Shown here: piece after piece, positions 11,101-22,638 of the stretch
Position numbering within the stretch: position 1 is the stretch's first letter
Layout: each line of letters starts with the position of its first letter
Notes under the pieces: model-generated
What the model was told of the DNA's origin: nothing
Databases searched by the model: none
The model's input: only the letters and a program-made list of their open reading frames with translations
Position numbers and translations under genes: made by a program
Assembly (NCBI GenBank): GCA_009602735.1
Contig: WELA01001317.1
Location: forward strand, 1 to 34,182
Origin: Mesotaenium endlicherianum
Lineage: Eukaryota
DNA length: 34,182 nt
Direction of reading: 5' to 3'

Positions 11101-13416
11101 CCACATTGTATGGGTCATGCATAGAGGGCCTCCGTTGCCACGTCCTGTCTTGCAAAGATGTGCGCTATGTGTGACTATGGGGCAGTGTGAAGGAGGTCTA
11201 AATGGCAAGCTCGTAAGCATACCCGTTTTGAACTCCTTGCTTGACACAGGTGGGTATCAGCAGCATTCTACCTTGGTTCAAGGGTGTCCCAGATATCCCA
11301 GAATTATCAGCGCAAGTCTGCTGAAGGCCTGTCCCTGGCCATGTTCATGTGCGCTTTCTGTGCCAACATTGCCTACGGCGCCGCCATCCTCCTCCGCGCT
11401 GATGGCTGGTCAGTACAGGCCCTTACATCATGTAAAATATGTACCACACAATAGAGTTGCCCTGGTGTATGGTGCTGACTGGCAAATCAATGAAAACGTT
11501 GGTGATGAGCCTCCTCCTCTTCCTTTTTGAAAGGGGGAGGAGGGGGNNNNNNNNNNNNNNNNNNNNNNNNNNNNNNNNNNNNNNNNNNNNNNNNNNNNNN
11601 NNNNNNNNNNNNNNNNNNNNNNNNNNNNNNNNNNNNNNNNNNNNNNNNNNNNNNNNNNNNNNNNNNNNNNNNNNNNNNNNNNNNNNNNNNNNNNNNNNNN
11701 NNNNNNNNNNNNNNNNNNNNNNNNNNNNNNNNNNNNNNNNNNNNNNNNNNNNNNNNNNNNNNNNNNNNNNNNNNNNNNNNNNNNNNNNNNNNNNNNNNNN
11801 NNNNNNNNNNNNNNNNNNNNNNNNNNNNNNNNNNNNNNNNNNNNNNNNNNNNNNNNNNNNNNNNNNNNNNNNNNNNNNNNNNNNNNNNNNNNNNNNNNNN
11901 NNNNNNNNNNNNNNNNNNNNNNNNNNNNNNNNNNNNNNNNNNNNNNNNNNNNNNNNNNNNNNNNNNNNNNNNNNNNNNNNNNNNNNNNNNNNNNNNNNNN
12001 NNNNNNNNNNNNNNNNNNNNNNNNNNNNNNNNNNNNNNNNNNNNNNNNNNNNNNNNNNNNNGGGGGGGGAGGCTGCTACTGTAGAGCCACAAAGTTTGCA
12101 CAAGCTGGTCAAATGATGGGCATGAATGCTTGATCTGGGACTTAGGGCTTAGGCCTTACGGGTGAATCACGAACTCAGAATTGTGTCCCAAGGATGAGAC
12201 GTTGCCCCCTCATCTTTGACCCAGTGTCTTGCTTGTGGCTGGTCCTATCATATTGGGTACACATGAGCGCGTGTGCTTCGGGGTTACGTACAGTGTGCAT
12301 CACGAGTTCAACCGCACGCCATAAACGGCCCAACCGTTTCCGTCATGTTTGTGCTGGATAAAAAGTGCTTCGCAAACTTATGCAGAAGTGCTTTCAGCAT
12401 GCGTTGTATAGTTGGCAGATTGAAAATATGCAGAATTCAGAGCTTGTAGCCCCTGCCATCACAGGGCCTCAGCACATTCTGGCATACTAGTAGCAAACGC
12501 GTGACGAGCGTAGCAAGCTCGCATAAGTTGCTCGCCTTTGTGTTTAGGAAAGAAACACCACTGAATATGCCCCCCTTGTGGAGCAGAGGTAGCATGGGAG
12601 GGCTAATGTGGTTGGCAACCCGACAGCTTCTAGCCTTCACGTATGGCTTTGGGTAAGGGAATACTCTGGAGAGCTCTGGAGGGCTCTGGCACCATATAAG
12701 GAGCTCTAGCTCCAGGTAGCAGCTACTTTGCGGAGCCTCTCATGAACAAGTATCAGCAGAAGAAGGGAGGAGTTGACATTGCAGGGGTGAGTGGCCTCTG
12801 GGTGGTGTTTTGTACAGGGCGACGCTTGTGGGCAAGGCCCCGTGGCTGCTTGGCAGTTTCGGCACTCTGTCCCTTGACGTTACTATCTACCTCCAGGTGC
12901 CTCTTCCATTCCCTCCATTTTTTCCCCGCCCATCTCATATTTGCTCTTCTTGTGATCCCCTTCCGGTGCTGCCTGTTGTCTATGACAGGGATGTCTATTG
13001 GACTGCATGGGAGATATCCTTTAATGAAGATGGACTTGGGTGCTAAAGTGAATGTCAAGGACAGCTAGTGGGCAACTGGAATTGTTGGGGAGGGTGCCTA
13101 CCATATTTAAGTGGACGTTTACGGAGGAACATGCTCGCTTTAAATTGCATTAGAGAGAACAACGTGGTTAAGAAACGCAGAAAGTGCAGGCTCATTACAA
13201 AGGCCTTCAAGGTGCAGCTTGTTCTGTCAACGTGCCCTTGCAATTCGGACTAATAGCTTTCTGCTGTCCGATTTTTTTTTTTTGGAGTAGGGATGTGTTT
13301 TGGTCATTGATTGCTAGAGCCTTGAAATCTGTGTGCAGGCACTCTTCTACAACAAGCAGATGGAGATCAAACGACTGGAAACAGATGCAGCGGAGGAGAC
13401 GCATCTTCTTGCATGA
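8105..13416 (+). CDS. PQ-loop repeat vacuolar/lysosomal amino-acid transporter (PQLC2/Ypq/PQL-like), spliced
   Basis: Exons 8105-8317 (VAQLPQFVSNIRRQSADGLSPWFLFQWLS), 8531-8638 (GDTLNLLGCILTGDQLPTETYTATYFIFAD), 9004-9178, uncertain small exons at ~9356-9555, 9617-10928, 11250-11408 (FYLGSRVSQISQNYQRKSAEGLSLAMFMCAFCANIAYG), 12818-12896 (APWLLGSFGTLSLDVTIYLQ) and 13339-13416 (ending EETHLLA*). The defined junctions are GT-AG and in phase. Confidence 0.88.
11547..12061. other. Assembly gap (515 N) within a PQ-loop gene intron
   Basis: N run flanked by G tracts on both sides. Confidence 0.99.
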
Positions 13417-14396
13417 GCCTACAAAATTGCATCATCATCCAAATGATGTCCATATAGTCCACCTCCAACAACTATTAGATAGCATACATAGTCACCTCTA
13501 TTTGAAGGTTAGCTCAGTATTCATGCGTGCAAAGTGTTGCGCACTTTATATGTAAACCGCCAGCAGATAATGCCTTGCTTTATACGAATCCTCTTATAAA
13601 TTATAGTTATGTTCTATGCTTTGCTTCTATAGTGCTGATGGAGCTGTCCTGTAGTTCCTGATTTTGTAAACAAATACACTGAGCCCTTGACCTTACACTG
13701 AAGTTGAATGATTATAGAATAAAAGACACCCTTTGACTTCCAACGCACTTAGCCCTTGAGTCTTTGTTTACAGTGTGTACAGAAGTTGAGTGAAACACTG
13801 TCCAAACTCCAAGTACTCCGAAGTTGAGAGAAGATTGATATATTCTCCTTCAGCTGTCTCGTGACACGATTCACAGGCGCTATTCCAGAGTGTAATGCAC
13901 CCGCTTTCTCTGCAGGCTGAATCACTCGTCTCCAAGTTTTGATATCGAGGAGCCAGGTGGCTGCCAACCAGGAGTGATTATCCCGTCAATAGCATGTACG
14001 GTCGGTTACTATATTTTTACTGCTCTAAAAAGTTATTTTGCTGGAATCAGCCTGCAAAGAACTTGCCTCTCGTCAAGCTCTCTGCCAGCACCACCGCCAG
14101 GTGTCGTAAGAGTAGGAGCCGGGAGTGGCACACCCAGCTGTAGCGCATCAGTTCTAAGACTGCCTTGGATTTGACCATACTAGCTCCCAAATTTCTTATT
14201 TTCCTCCTCGCCGTCCATGTGAAGAGCCCAAGATGCGCAATCACACTATTCTCTTCTCCTCCACAATAAGTCAGCAAAGACAATGGATTGAACAGTAAGT
14301 ATTGCTTGAAGACACGCGAGGAGCGCCAGAAAGTCGTGATGCAAAAGTAAGCACCCATTTAAATTTCTGTCATGCCCTACCTCTGTACCGTCTCTC

Positions 14397-15664
14397 TCAA
14401 CGCAGGTGCTGCCTCAGCACCTGCTTGCCGTCCTGTTCGATCACGTCACCGTGACAGGGGACAATGGAGTCCCACTGCCAGCTCAGGATCGTGTCAAGAA
14501 TCTGGCGGAAGCGGTCGCGGCGGAAGAGCATGAAGCGCTTGTAGAAGGGCAGGTACACGCGGTCCATGCCCTGCTTCCACAGCCACGTGGTCACGGGCGT
14601 GTCCTTCTGCGGATAGTTCCAGAACAAGTCCGACACAAACAGGACGCCTGATGGCTTGTGGCAAAACACCACCTGCGCAGCAAGAGAACAGCCGCAGTGC
14701 CATCTCGTCATGCACTCGGGAGCTCAGGACCCACTGGCACCAGGACTTGAGCCCCGGAGGTGCTGCAAGAGGGAACCGACCTCGTTGAAGAAGGGCTTCT
14801 GAGTGAAGGGGTTGTGCTCGCAGTCCAGCCATGCAAACTCAAACTCCCCCAGCCACTCCGCAGGCGCCACGTCACCCTGGCCCACTTCTCGGTGGTATCC
14901 AGTCTCCGGGCGCTTCTGGGCCAGCCCCGGACACGCTGCACCCCCGGCACCCTCCCTCCCTCCTCTCAGGTGCCCATTATCTCGTCCCTTGCTCCGTATC
15001 GGCAGTCAAGTCACGAGCACAACGAGAGGCGAGGGGTGGTGAGCCCTCACCGTATCCGATTGCCTGCGGGTACGCATCCAGCCACTGCTTGGCAAACCTG
15101 GCACCTCAAGCGGGCACGCATGCCAACCCACATTCATTGATGAAACACAGGTGCAGGCGGGCTGTGCAGAAGCAGGCGGGACAGCAGCAGGAGCAAGCGA
15201 GAGGGCAAGAGACAGAGGCCCCACCCCGCGTGCTCGTAGTTGGGAGACACTACGTGCTTCACTGGGCCCAGCTTGTCCATCTCCGCCTTGAGCGCTGCAT
15301 CCAGCGGCACCGGGGAGTGCACCCACACGGAGCCGTCCTGGAGCTTCACAGTGCCCATTCTGCCGCCCACATCGATGGTGGATATCCAAACAAAGGGCCT
15401 CTCCGCCGCCCAGACACTATCCCCCTTGACGGGCCGCAGTGGCCGCCCGGTGGGGTTGGACCACGTCCTCTGATGCGCTGCGTCTCCTGAAGGGGCCGCT
15501 TGAGTCATGCTCACCGGTGCACAGTAGGTGAACATGTGACGTGAGGGCGCTCGCGGGAAGGAGGTGGAGGTTGTGCCAAGCTGGAAGGTATTTGCGCCAC
15601 TTGACGCCCATTTATGGCGAGTGAGGCGGAGAGATGGCCTGAGGGCTAGGCTGAGGGGCTGCAC
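14397..15664 (-). CDS. DUF4336-family protein (metallo-beta-lactamase-like fold), spliced; start codon uncertain
   Basis: Exons: 15535 or further upstream to 15225 (VWAAERPFVWISTIDVGGRMGTVKLQDGSVWVHSPV...LGPVKHVVSPNYEH), 15097-15051 (FAKQWLDAYP), 14935-14781 (CPGL...NPFTQKPFFNE) and 14672-14397 (VVFCHKPSGVLFVSDLFWN...WQWDSIVPCHGD). The motifs match DUF4336 as remembered. Confidence 0.82.
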
Positions 15665-18230
15665 CCACGCAGAGAAGGAATGTCATTCACCATGGAGGAG
15701 GACTCCAGCCCCAGCAGGACTGCTTGCCGACACACGTGGGTACCTACGGCCTTCTGTACTCCTAATTGATCACGCATCGTACGATTTGGGGAGGGCCCTC
15801 TACTCATTCATGCAAGGCATAGAGCTTCTGAACGCATCATACTTACATCAGGATGTGACAAACGTCATGAAGCTCCCCAGTAGCATCATATACTCTAAAG
15901 TAACATAATCGTGAGATAGAGCCCAATCATCTCACTCATTGGCTTCCAGAGCCTACTGCGTCACCGGAGGCATTGACTTCTAAATGGGGCGGAAACAGTG
16001 GCATAACACTCGTAGACATCAATGCCTTCCAGAAATTTTGGTGATACTTTAAGCCTGTTCTAGAAATTTGAAAATGACATCATAAAACGTACATTTTGAA
16101 CAGGGGGCCCCAGATAAATTGACTAAGTTTGGAACTCCTTCTTGTCAAAGAATTAGCTATGTACTTTAGCTGAAGAGTTGCTCACACTTCAACCTTGAAG
16201 CAAGAGCCAGAGTGATTAGACATTGACCCACCAAGCAACCCAGGCACAAGCAGGCCAGTTTTCAATTTCGCCGACAAACTGACCCCTCACCTGTTTACAG
16301 GTGATGCTCCTAGGCTTCTGCAACTGTGAAACTATGCACGTACTCGGGACAAAAAAGGAGCAGTGAGCAATAACTTCCGCCATGGAAAATATCTCAGCCC
16401 TTATGAGGTGCTTTCCCTACTTTGCCCCTCAACAAACCGGGGCACGACCTTAATTTATTGCGACGTAGGACATATAAACCAGTGCCAGAATTGGGCTCAG
16501 GCAGCTTCTACTCTGGGATTCTTCTTTTCACATTTCACAGCTCTCCTTTCGCCTTTTCTTGAAGGTGTTCACGACACCAGCGACACCTTTGAACACGGTC
16601 CCAAATCAACGTTTTGGGGGAAAATGCGCATAATTGTATGTAAATTAAATGGTCGAACAACTCTCTTCTTCTGACTTTTCTTTTAGTACGTCATTATAAT
16701 GCAATAGCAAATATTTTTGTCTACAATACAGCTTCGAGTTTTATTTTAGTATGCATTCATGGCATGCGATACTCAATCTTGTTTTCTCTCAACATAGTCA
16801 TTACTAAGTCAAGCCATTTTTACCACATAAAGGGTCACCAACATGATTAGAAAGAACTATATGGTTGAGTTTGTTGCCTTCTTTTCCTCTTACGCAAACC
16901 CCGTTTTTTAATATAATTATCTCCTTTGTAAACACTAGTAATTAAAATAAACACGTGCAGATTGACGCAAATACTTGTTGAATACTTGATAATATGCACA
17001 AGACAATAGTGGTGCAATGACTTGACACTACGTGTACTTTGTACGCCCACATCTTCATGGCCATGGGAACTTTGCTCGTACCTTACATATTATTAAAGTA
17101 CTACTATGTATTTATAAGTGAAATCCCTGAAGAAAGAGTTCATCATTTGCTTTTCAAGTATTCACTCTTGCATTTTTTGTAAACTATGACTTTCCATAGC
17201 TTTACGCACGAGTTCAATAGCAACTACAAATGCATCTAACATAGTGCATACTTATCTTGTAGTTGCAACTTATTCAAGTGTGAATGATACAGTTGTGCAA
17301 AGTATTGAAACTTCATTATTTGTATCTTTTGCCATCGCAGATATAAGTTGCATAGTGCACAACAATGACATCATTTCTCTAATGAATCTTGTGATTTTGA
17401 AGTCCGAGTCACATTTAAAGAGGATGCTTAACAATACTAGATGTGTAATTTCACAAGTGTGTGCCACACCGCCCAATCACTAGGGCCAAGGACTACACTC
17501 TTTAAATATTAAATTGTTTCAGGTTTCATCTTCAAGTCAGAAACATTTTAACATATAGGCACTCAAAGATCTCAAGCTCGCCACTTGGGTAACAATGCAA
17601 TAAAATATGAAAAAAGCAAATGGAGTACAAGGCAGCATATGAAATATCTTTCAAGCATACAAGTAGGGATGTTGGCAAATAAAAATATATCCAAAAAAGG
17701 CAAGAATTGACTCTACTGCACCAAACGAACACTTTATACCATGTATATAGAGGACCAATATTTTTCAAATGTTCTTAATATTGTAGATGTCTTCATATTG
17801 TGACATCATGTGGAGACAGAAATGTCACAAAAATCAAGGAGATACCTGCTTCTCGCAGTACGGTTCTGGTGACCGACAGCATATTTCCCAACGTTCGCCC
17901 AGTCGCCAGCCCGGATCTCGAGTTCGAGCATGCAGGCTCTCCTCCCCACGAGGCAGCGCCCTCGCCTGGCTCCTCCTTTCACACGGAATACAGCTCAAAC
18001 AGGACATGAACTCTTTCTGAGCAGGCCCAAGTCTTCATTTCGCACCAGTCTTAAATTCAGTTCTCGTTGGCTAGAGTGGGAGCTTGGCCTTGATACCTCG
18101 AGACCAGAGCTGAACCGCTTTTGATACTAATTCCATTTAGCTTGGTTAAACGCGAGTTAAAAAAATTCCTCTTGAGATTTTGTGTATAGATTGTGCTTCT
18201 GACAAACTTCAAGCTGGGGGCGGGGGCCCG

Positions 18231-21200
18231 ATGTTTACCCCAGAGAAGCCCCCATTTATGAAGCGGATGTCTGGATACGGTGAAGAAGTGATATCGGGGG
18301 AGGCGAGAGACTCATACAGGCCACATAGTGCGCACAAACCGCAGGGTACACCTGGCAGGTACTCCAGGACAAGCCATGGGGGTACAGCTGTACGAGTAGC
18401 ACCCGAAATGAAGGAGGCCTCTCCTCAAGTTCAGATTAATCCTCAGTATGCCCACAGGGGTTTTGAGGACCAGGCAGTTGGACCACCCTCTTTCGAGAGA
18501 AGAATAAGTCACGGCAGTGACCATGCCAGCTGTAAAGACTACCACCCGGCAGGGACGCCTCAGAATGATACTCCCACATACATAGCCACTTATGGAGACG
18601 CAGAGCCAGCTGCCAAGGATCCATTCGAGGAAAGTAGTGATAGAGGAGCTGAGGAGAAGATATACGTGACAGTGCGTGTGAGGCCTCTCAGCCAGCGTGA
18701 AATAAAGCACAGGGACGTGTCGGTGTGGAAGGTGCCAAATCACCACACCCTGCAGTTCCTGGAGCCCGTGCCCGAGAGGGGCCCGTATCCCCCTTCCTAT
18801 CACTTTGGTACGCATCTCTGTCCAACACCACCGTGAGGGCAAATGCAAGTAGGTGTTGTGACCAGCTGTTGGGGGCTCCGTCTCTCTGTCAGGCAGCTCG
18901 CCCTCATGCTCGGCAGTGCAACCAGCTTTGGGTTAGAGGGTTAGAGAATGGCAGCTTCGCGCGGAATATAGCCACCGGACTGGCTGTGTGCTGAGACTGG
19001 AGTGGGGGTTGGCGTTGTGCAGACCGGGTGTTTGGGCCGGAGAGCCAGTCGCGCCAGGTGTACGCGGAGGGCGCCAAGAATGTGGTTCTGTCCGCGCTCG
19101 ATGGCATCAACGGTGCGTGCTGCACCCCCCTCTCCCTCTGCTCCCCATGCAGTGTGAGCTTCTCCCGGGCGGGCAGGGGGGCCAGGAGGGGGAGGAACTC
19201 TGGATCTCCTCCTCGTTATCGTTTGGCTCTTGGTCAAGGTTGCACCTTTGTGGCGTCCCGATCGCGCCAGAGCATGTGCCACCTGTGTTGTCTGCACCGC
19301 TTTCTGCCTGCTGACGGGGGGCAGCGCCGTGGGTGGCAGCGTCCATATTTGCGTACGGGATGACGAGCAGCGGCAAGACGCACACCATGCGCGCCATCAC
19401 GGAGGCCGCCATTGTGGACATCTTCGAGCGCATCAAGAATGTACACTTCGCCTTCGGCACCACTCACTCCCTCCCCGCTGCCGGAGACTTCCAGCTGTAC
19501 TGCCACAGGCAAGGAGCCAGTGCAGTAAAGTGGGCAAGTCTGAGGGGGAGAAAGTGGCAGAGAGACAGCCAGCTGTCGGAATTCCTGGAACTGGAGCCCT
19601 GCTTTGACAGAAAAGGGAAGGGGGGGGGGAGGGGGGGGGGGAGGCAGACGCCGGAGCGAGAGTACATGATCCGCGTGTCGGCGCTGGAGATCTACAACGA
19701 GGTGGTGAAGGACCTGCTCTGCCCCGACACCGGCAACCTGCGCCTGCTCGACGACCCCGACGTCAGCACCTCTCTCTCTTTCTCCCTCTCTCCCTCTCTA
19801 TCTCTCTCTTGACGCCCGCCCAGGCATGCTTGATGATCATCGGACCAGGATCAGCTGCAGCTGTGGAGGAAGGTGCATGAGAAAGGGCAGCTGACGTGGG
19901 AGCGGGTGGGTGCTGCATGGGGCAGAGGGGGGTGGTGGTGGAGAAGCTGACGGAGGAGGTGGTGCAGTCCTCCTTCCATCTGCGCCAGATCCTCTCCGTC
20001 TGTGAGAGTGGGTCCCCCCCCCCACTCTCTCTTGTCGTGAATGTCACATGCTGGGGGGCAGGGCAGCCAGTCAGGCAGTGCCTGGGGCACAGCAGAAGTG
20101 ACGTGAGCCTGAGGTGGATGGGAGATGGGGTGCAGATCAGCGGCAAGTGGGAGAGACGTCGCTGAACGATGCCAGCTCGCGCTCGCATCAGATCGTGCGG
20201 CTGGTAAGCTTCTGATGCCTCCACCATGCATGCGTGCACATGTGTATGTGGTGCGTGCCCGCCCTGAGCGAGCGAACAAGCAAGCCAGGAGAGATCAAGA
20301 ATGGCGTGCACGGCGCTGGGCGGGTGTTGTGTGTGGGCAGACGGTGGAGAGCTGCCCACGGCCGCCGGCGGGGCTCAAGGCGTCGCTGGAGAGCTTCACC
20401 GGCCAAGTGCTCATGGCCAGCCTGGTGCGTCATCTCCTCCTCGTCGTCCTGTGCTGCGGCAGGGCAGGGCAGGGCAGGGCAGAGCAGGAGATGGATGGGC
20501 CCTGACGGGATGGAGGGAGGTGAGGAGGGAGGTGAGGGGGGGGGGGTGCGCAGAGCCTGGTGGATCTGGCGGGCAGCGAGCGCGCGTCGCAGACGCACTC
20601 GGAGGGCACGCGCCTCAAGGAGGGCGGTCACATCAACCGCTCGCTGCTCACGCTGGGCACCGTCATCCGCAAGCTCAGGTGCCCCCCTCCCTTCCACCTG
20701 CTCCTGCTCCTGCTCCCGCTGCCTCTCTGTGGAAGCTCTGGGCTTGGAGGGCTGACATGACGGCTGGGGAGGGGGGGGGCAGTGGCGGCAACAAGACGCG
20801 CGTGGGCCACATCCCGTACCGCGACTCCAAGCTGACGCGCATCCTGCAGCACAGCCTGGGCGGCAACGCGCGCACCGCCATCATCTGCACCATGAGCCCG
20901 GCGCTGGGCCACGTGGACCAGACGCGCAACACGCTCTCCTTCGCCACGCGCGCCAAGGAGGTCACCAACTCTGCGCATGTCAACCTCGTGAGCGCCCCCC
21001 CTCTTCCCTCCCCCCTCCCCCCNNNNNNNNNNNNNNNNNNNNNNNNNNNNNNNNNNNNNNNNNNNNNNNNNNNNNNNNNNNNNNNNNNNNNNNNNNNNNN
21101 NNNNNNNNNNNNNNNNNNNNNNNNNNNNNNNNNNNNNNNNNNNNNNNNNNNNNNNNNNNNNNNNNNNNNNNNNNNNNNNNNNNNNNNNNNNNNNNNNNNN

Positions 21201-22597
21201 NNNNNNNNNNNNNNNNNNNNNNNNNNNNNNNNNNNNNNNNNNNNNNNNNNNNNNNNNNNNNNNNNNNNNNNNNNNNNNNNNNNNNNNNNNNNNNNNNNNN
21301 NNNNNNNNNNNNNNNNNNNNNNNNNNNNNNNNNNNNNNNNNNNNNNNNNNNNNNNNNNNNNNNNNNNNNNNNNNNNNNNNNNNNNNNNNNNNNNNNNNNN
21401 NNNNNNNNNNNNNNNNNNNNNNNNNNNNNNNNNNNNNNNNNNNNNNNNNNNNNNNNNNNNNNNNNNNNNNNNNNNNNNNNNNNNNNNNNNNNNNNNNNNN
21501 NNNNNNNNNNNNNNNNNNNNNNNNNNNNCCCCCCTCTCCCTCCCGGCTCCTCGGGCTACCCCCCTCCATCAATTTATACGGGGCCCTGTTGCTTCAGAGA
21601 CGCCTCCCCAGGGGAGGCTCCCAGCTCTGACCATGGGAGGAGAGCAAGGGTGGGTGCAGCTGGAGGCGCAGGTGGCGGACGTGACGTGCGAGCGCGACCT
21701 GGCCCTCCAGCAGCTGGCCCTGGCCTCCGCCAACACCAACGTCAATGCCGCCGCCCGCAAGTCCAGCGGGGGCATCACGGTTGTCATGCCTCAGTCGCAG
21801 TCGCGAGTGAGTTCTTCGCAAGGCCAATGCCTGCCCCCATGTCTCAGAGACCTCCTTCCTCCCTCGCTCTTGCGCACCCGCTGACGCTGACTGTGCACCT
21901 TGCTGGGGGAAAGCAGGCGCTGGTGCCGTCGAAGTCGCTGCGTCGCGCCGCCAGCGGGTTCCGGAAGAGCAAGAAGGGCATGTGCCTGGCAGGTGTCGAC
22001 GAGGCGGAGGAGAGTGCCGACCTGGCAGCACTTGTCACGTCGCCATCACAGGCGCAGGCGGCCCCTCCGACGTACCTGCCGGACACGTGGCTGCTGATGG
22101 AGCAGGGTGCCAAGGAGCGGCGGCGGTACCGCAAGGCCGTGACGCGCTCCTCGCTGGCGCTGGTGGCGGAGATCCGCAAGCTGGAGCACATGCAGGACGA
22201 GGTGGGCGTGGACGCCGCGCGTGCCATGGAGCAGCTGCAGCGCGAAATCGAGAACCTGCGCCACGCGCAGCTGGGCATGCACCAGGACGCCGCTGACACC
22301 ATCGCCAAGCTGCAGCACGAGGTGGCGTCCATCCAGCAGCTGGGCGACCTCCGCTCCCTGGCCGGCCCCGCCCCCTCTCCTGCCCCCGACGCCGGCGGCC
22401 CCGCCCCCAGCAGCCCGGCCCTGCAGCGTGAGCCGGGAGGCGGCGAGAGCAAGGTGCCCATGCTGTTGCATCATGGTCACGGCAGTGCTGCTGCTGCCGC
22501 TGCACCACCGCTGGAGGGGTTGCCGAGTGGCAATGAGAGTGCGTTGAGGCGGGAGCAGGATTTGGCGGATGAGGTGACTATGATGATGGGCCGCAAT

Positions 22598-22638
<41 letters not shown>

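Noticed and set aside
11423..12116. Long ORFs spanning the N runs (also 20301-21884 and 20628-21572)
   Set aside because: Artefacts of translating through assembly gaps.
13749..14358. Short ORFs between the PQ-loop and DUF4336 3' ends
   Set aside because: No family motifs or consistent splice model; probably UTR or intergenic sequence.
15225..15232. Possible non-canonical GC donor in the DUF4336 gene
   Set aside because: A canonical GT at 15224-15223 gives an in-frame join (EHAGFAKQW).
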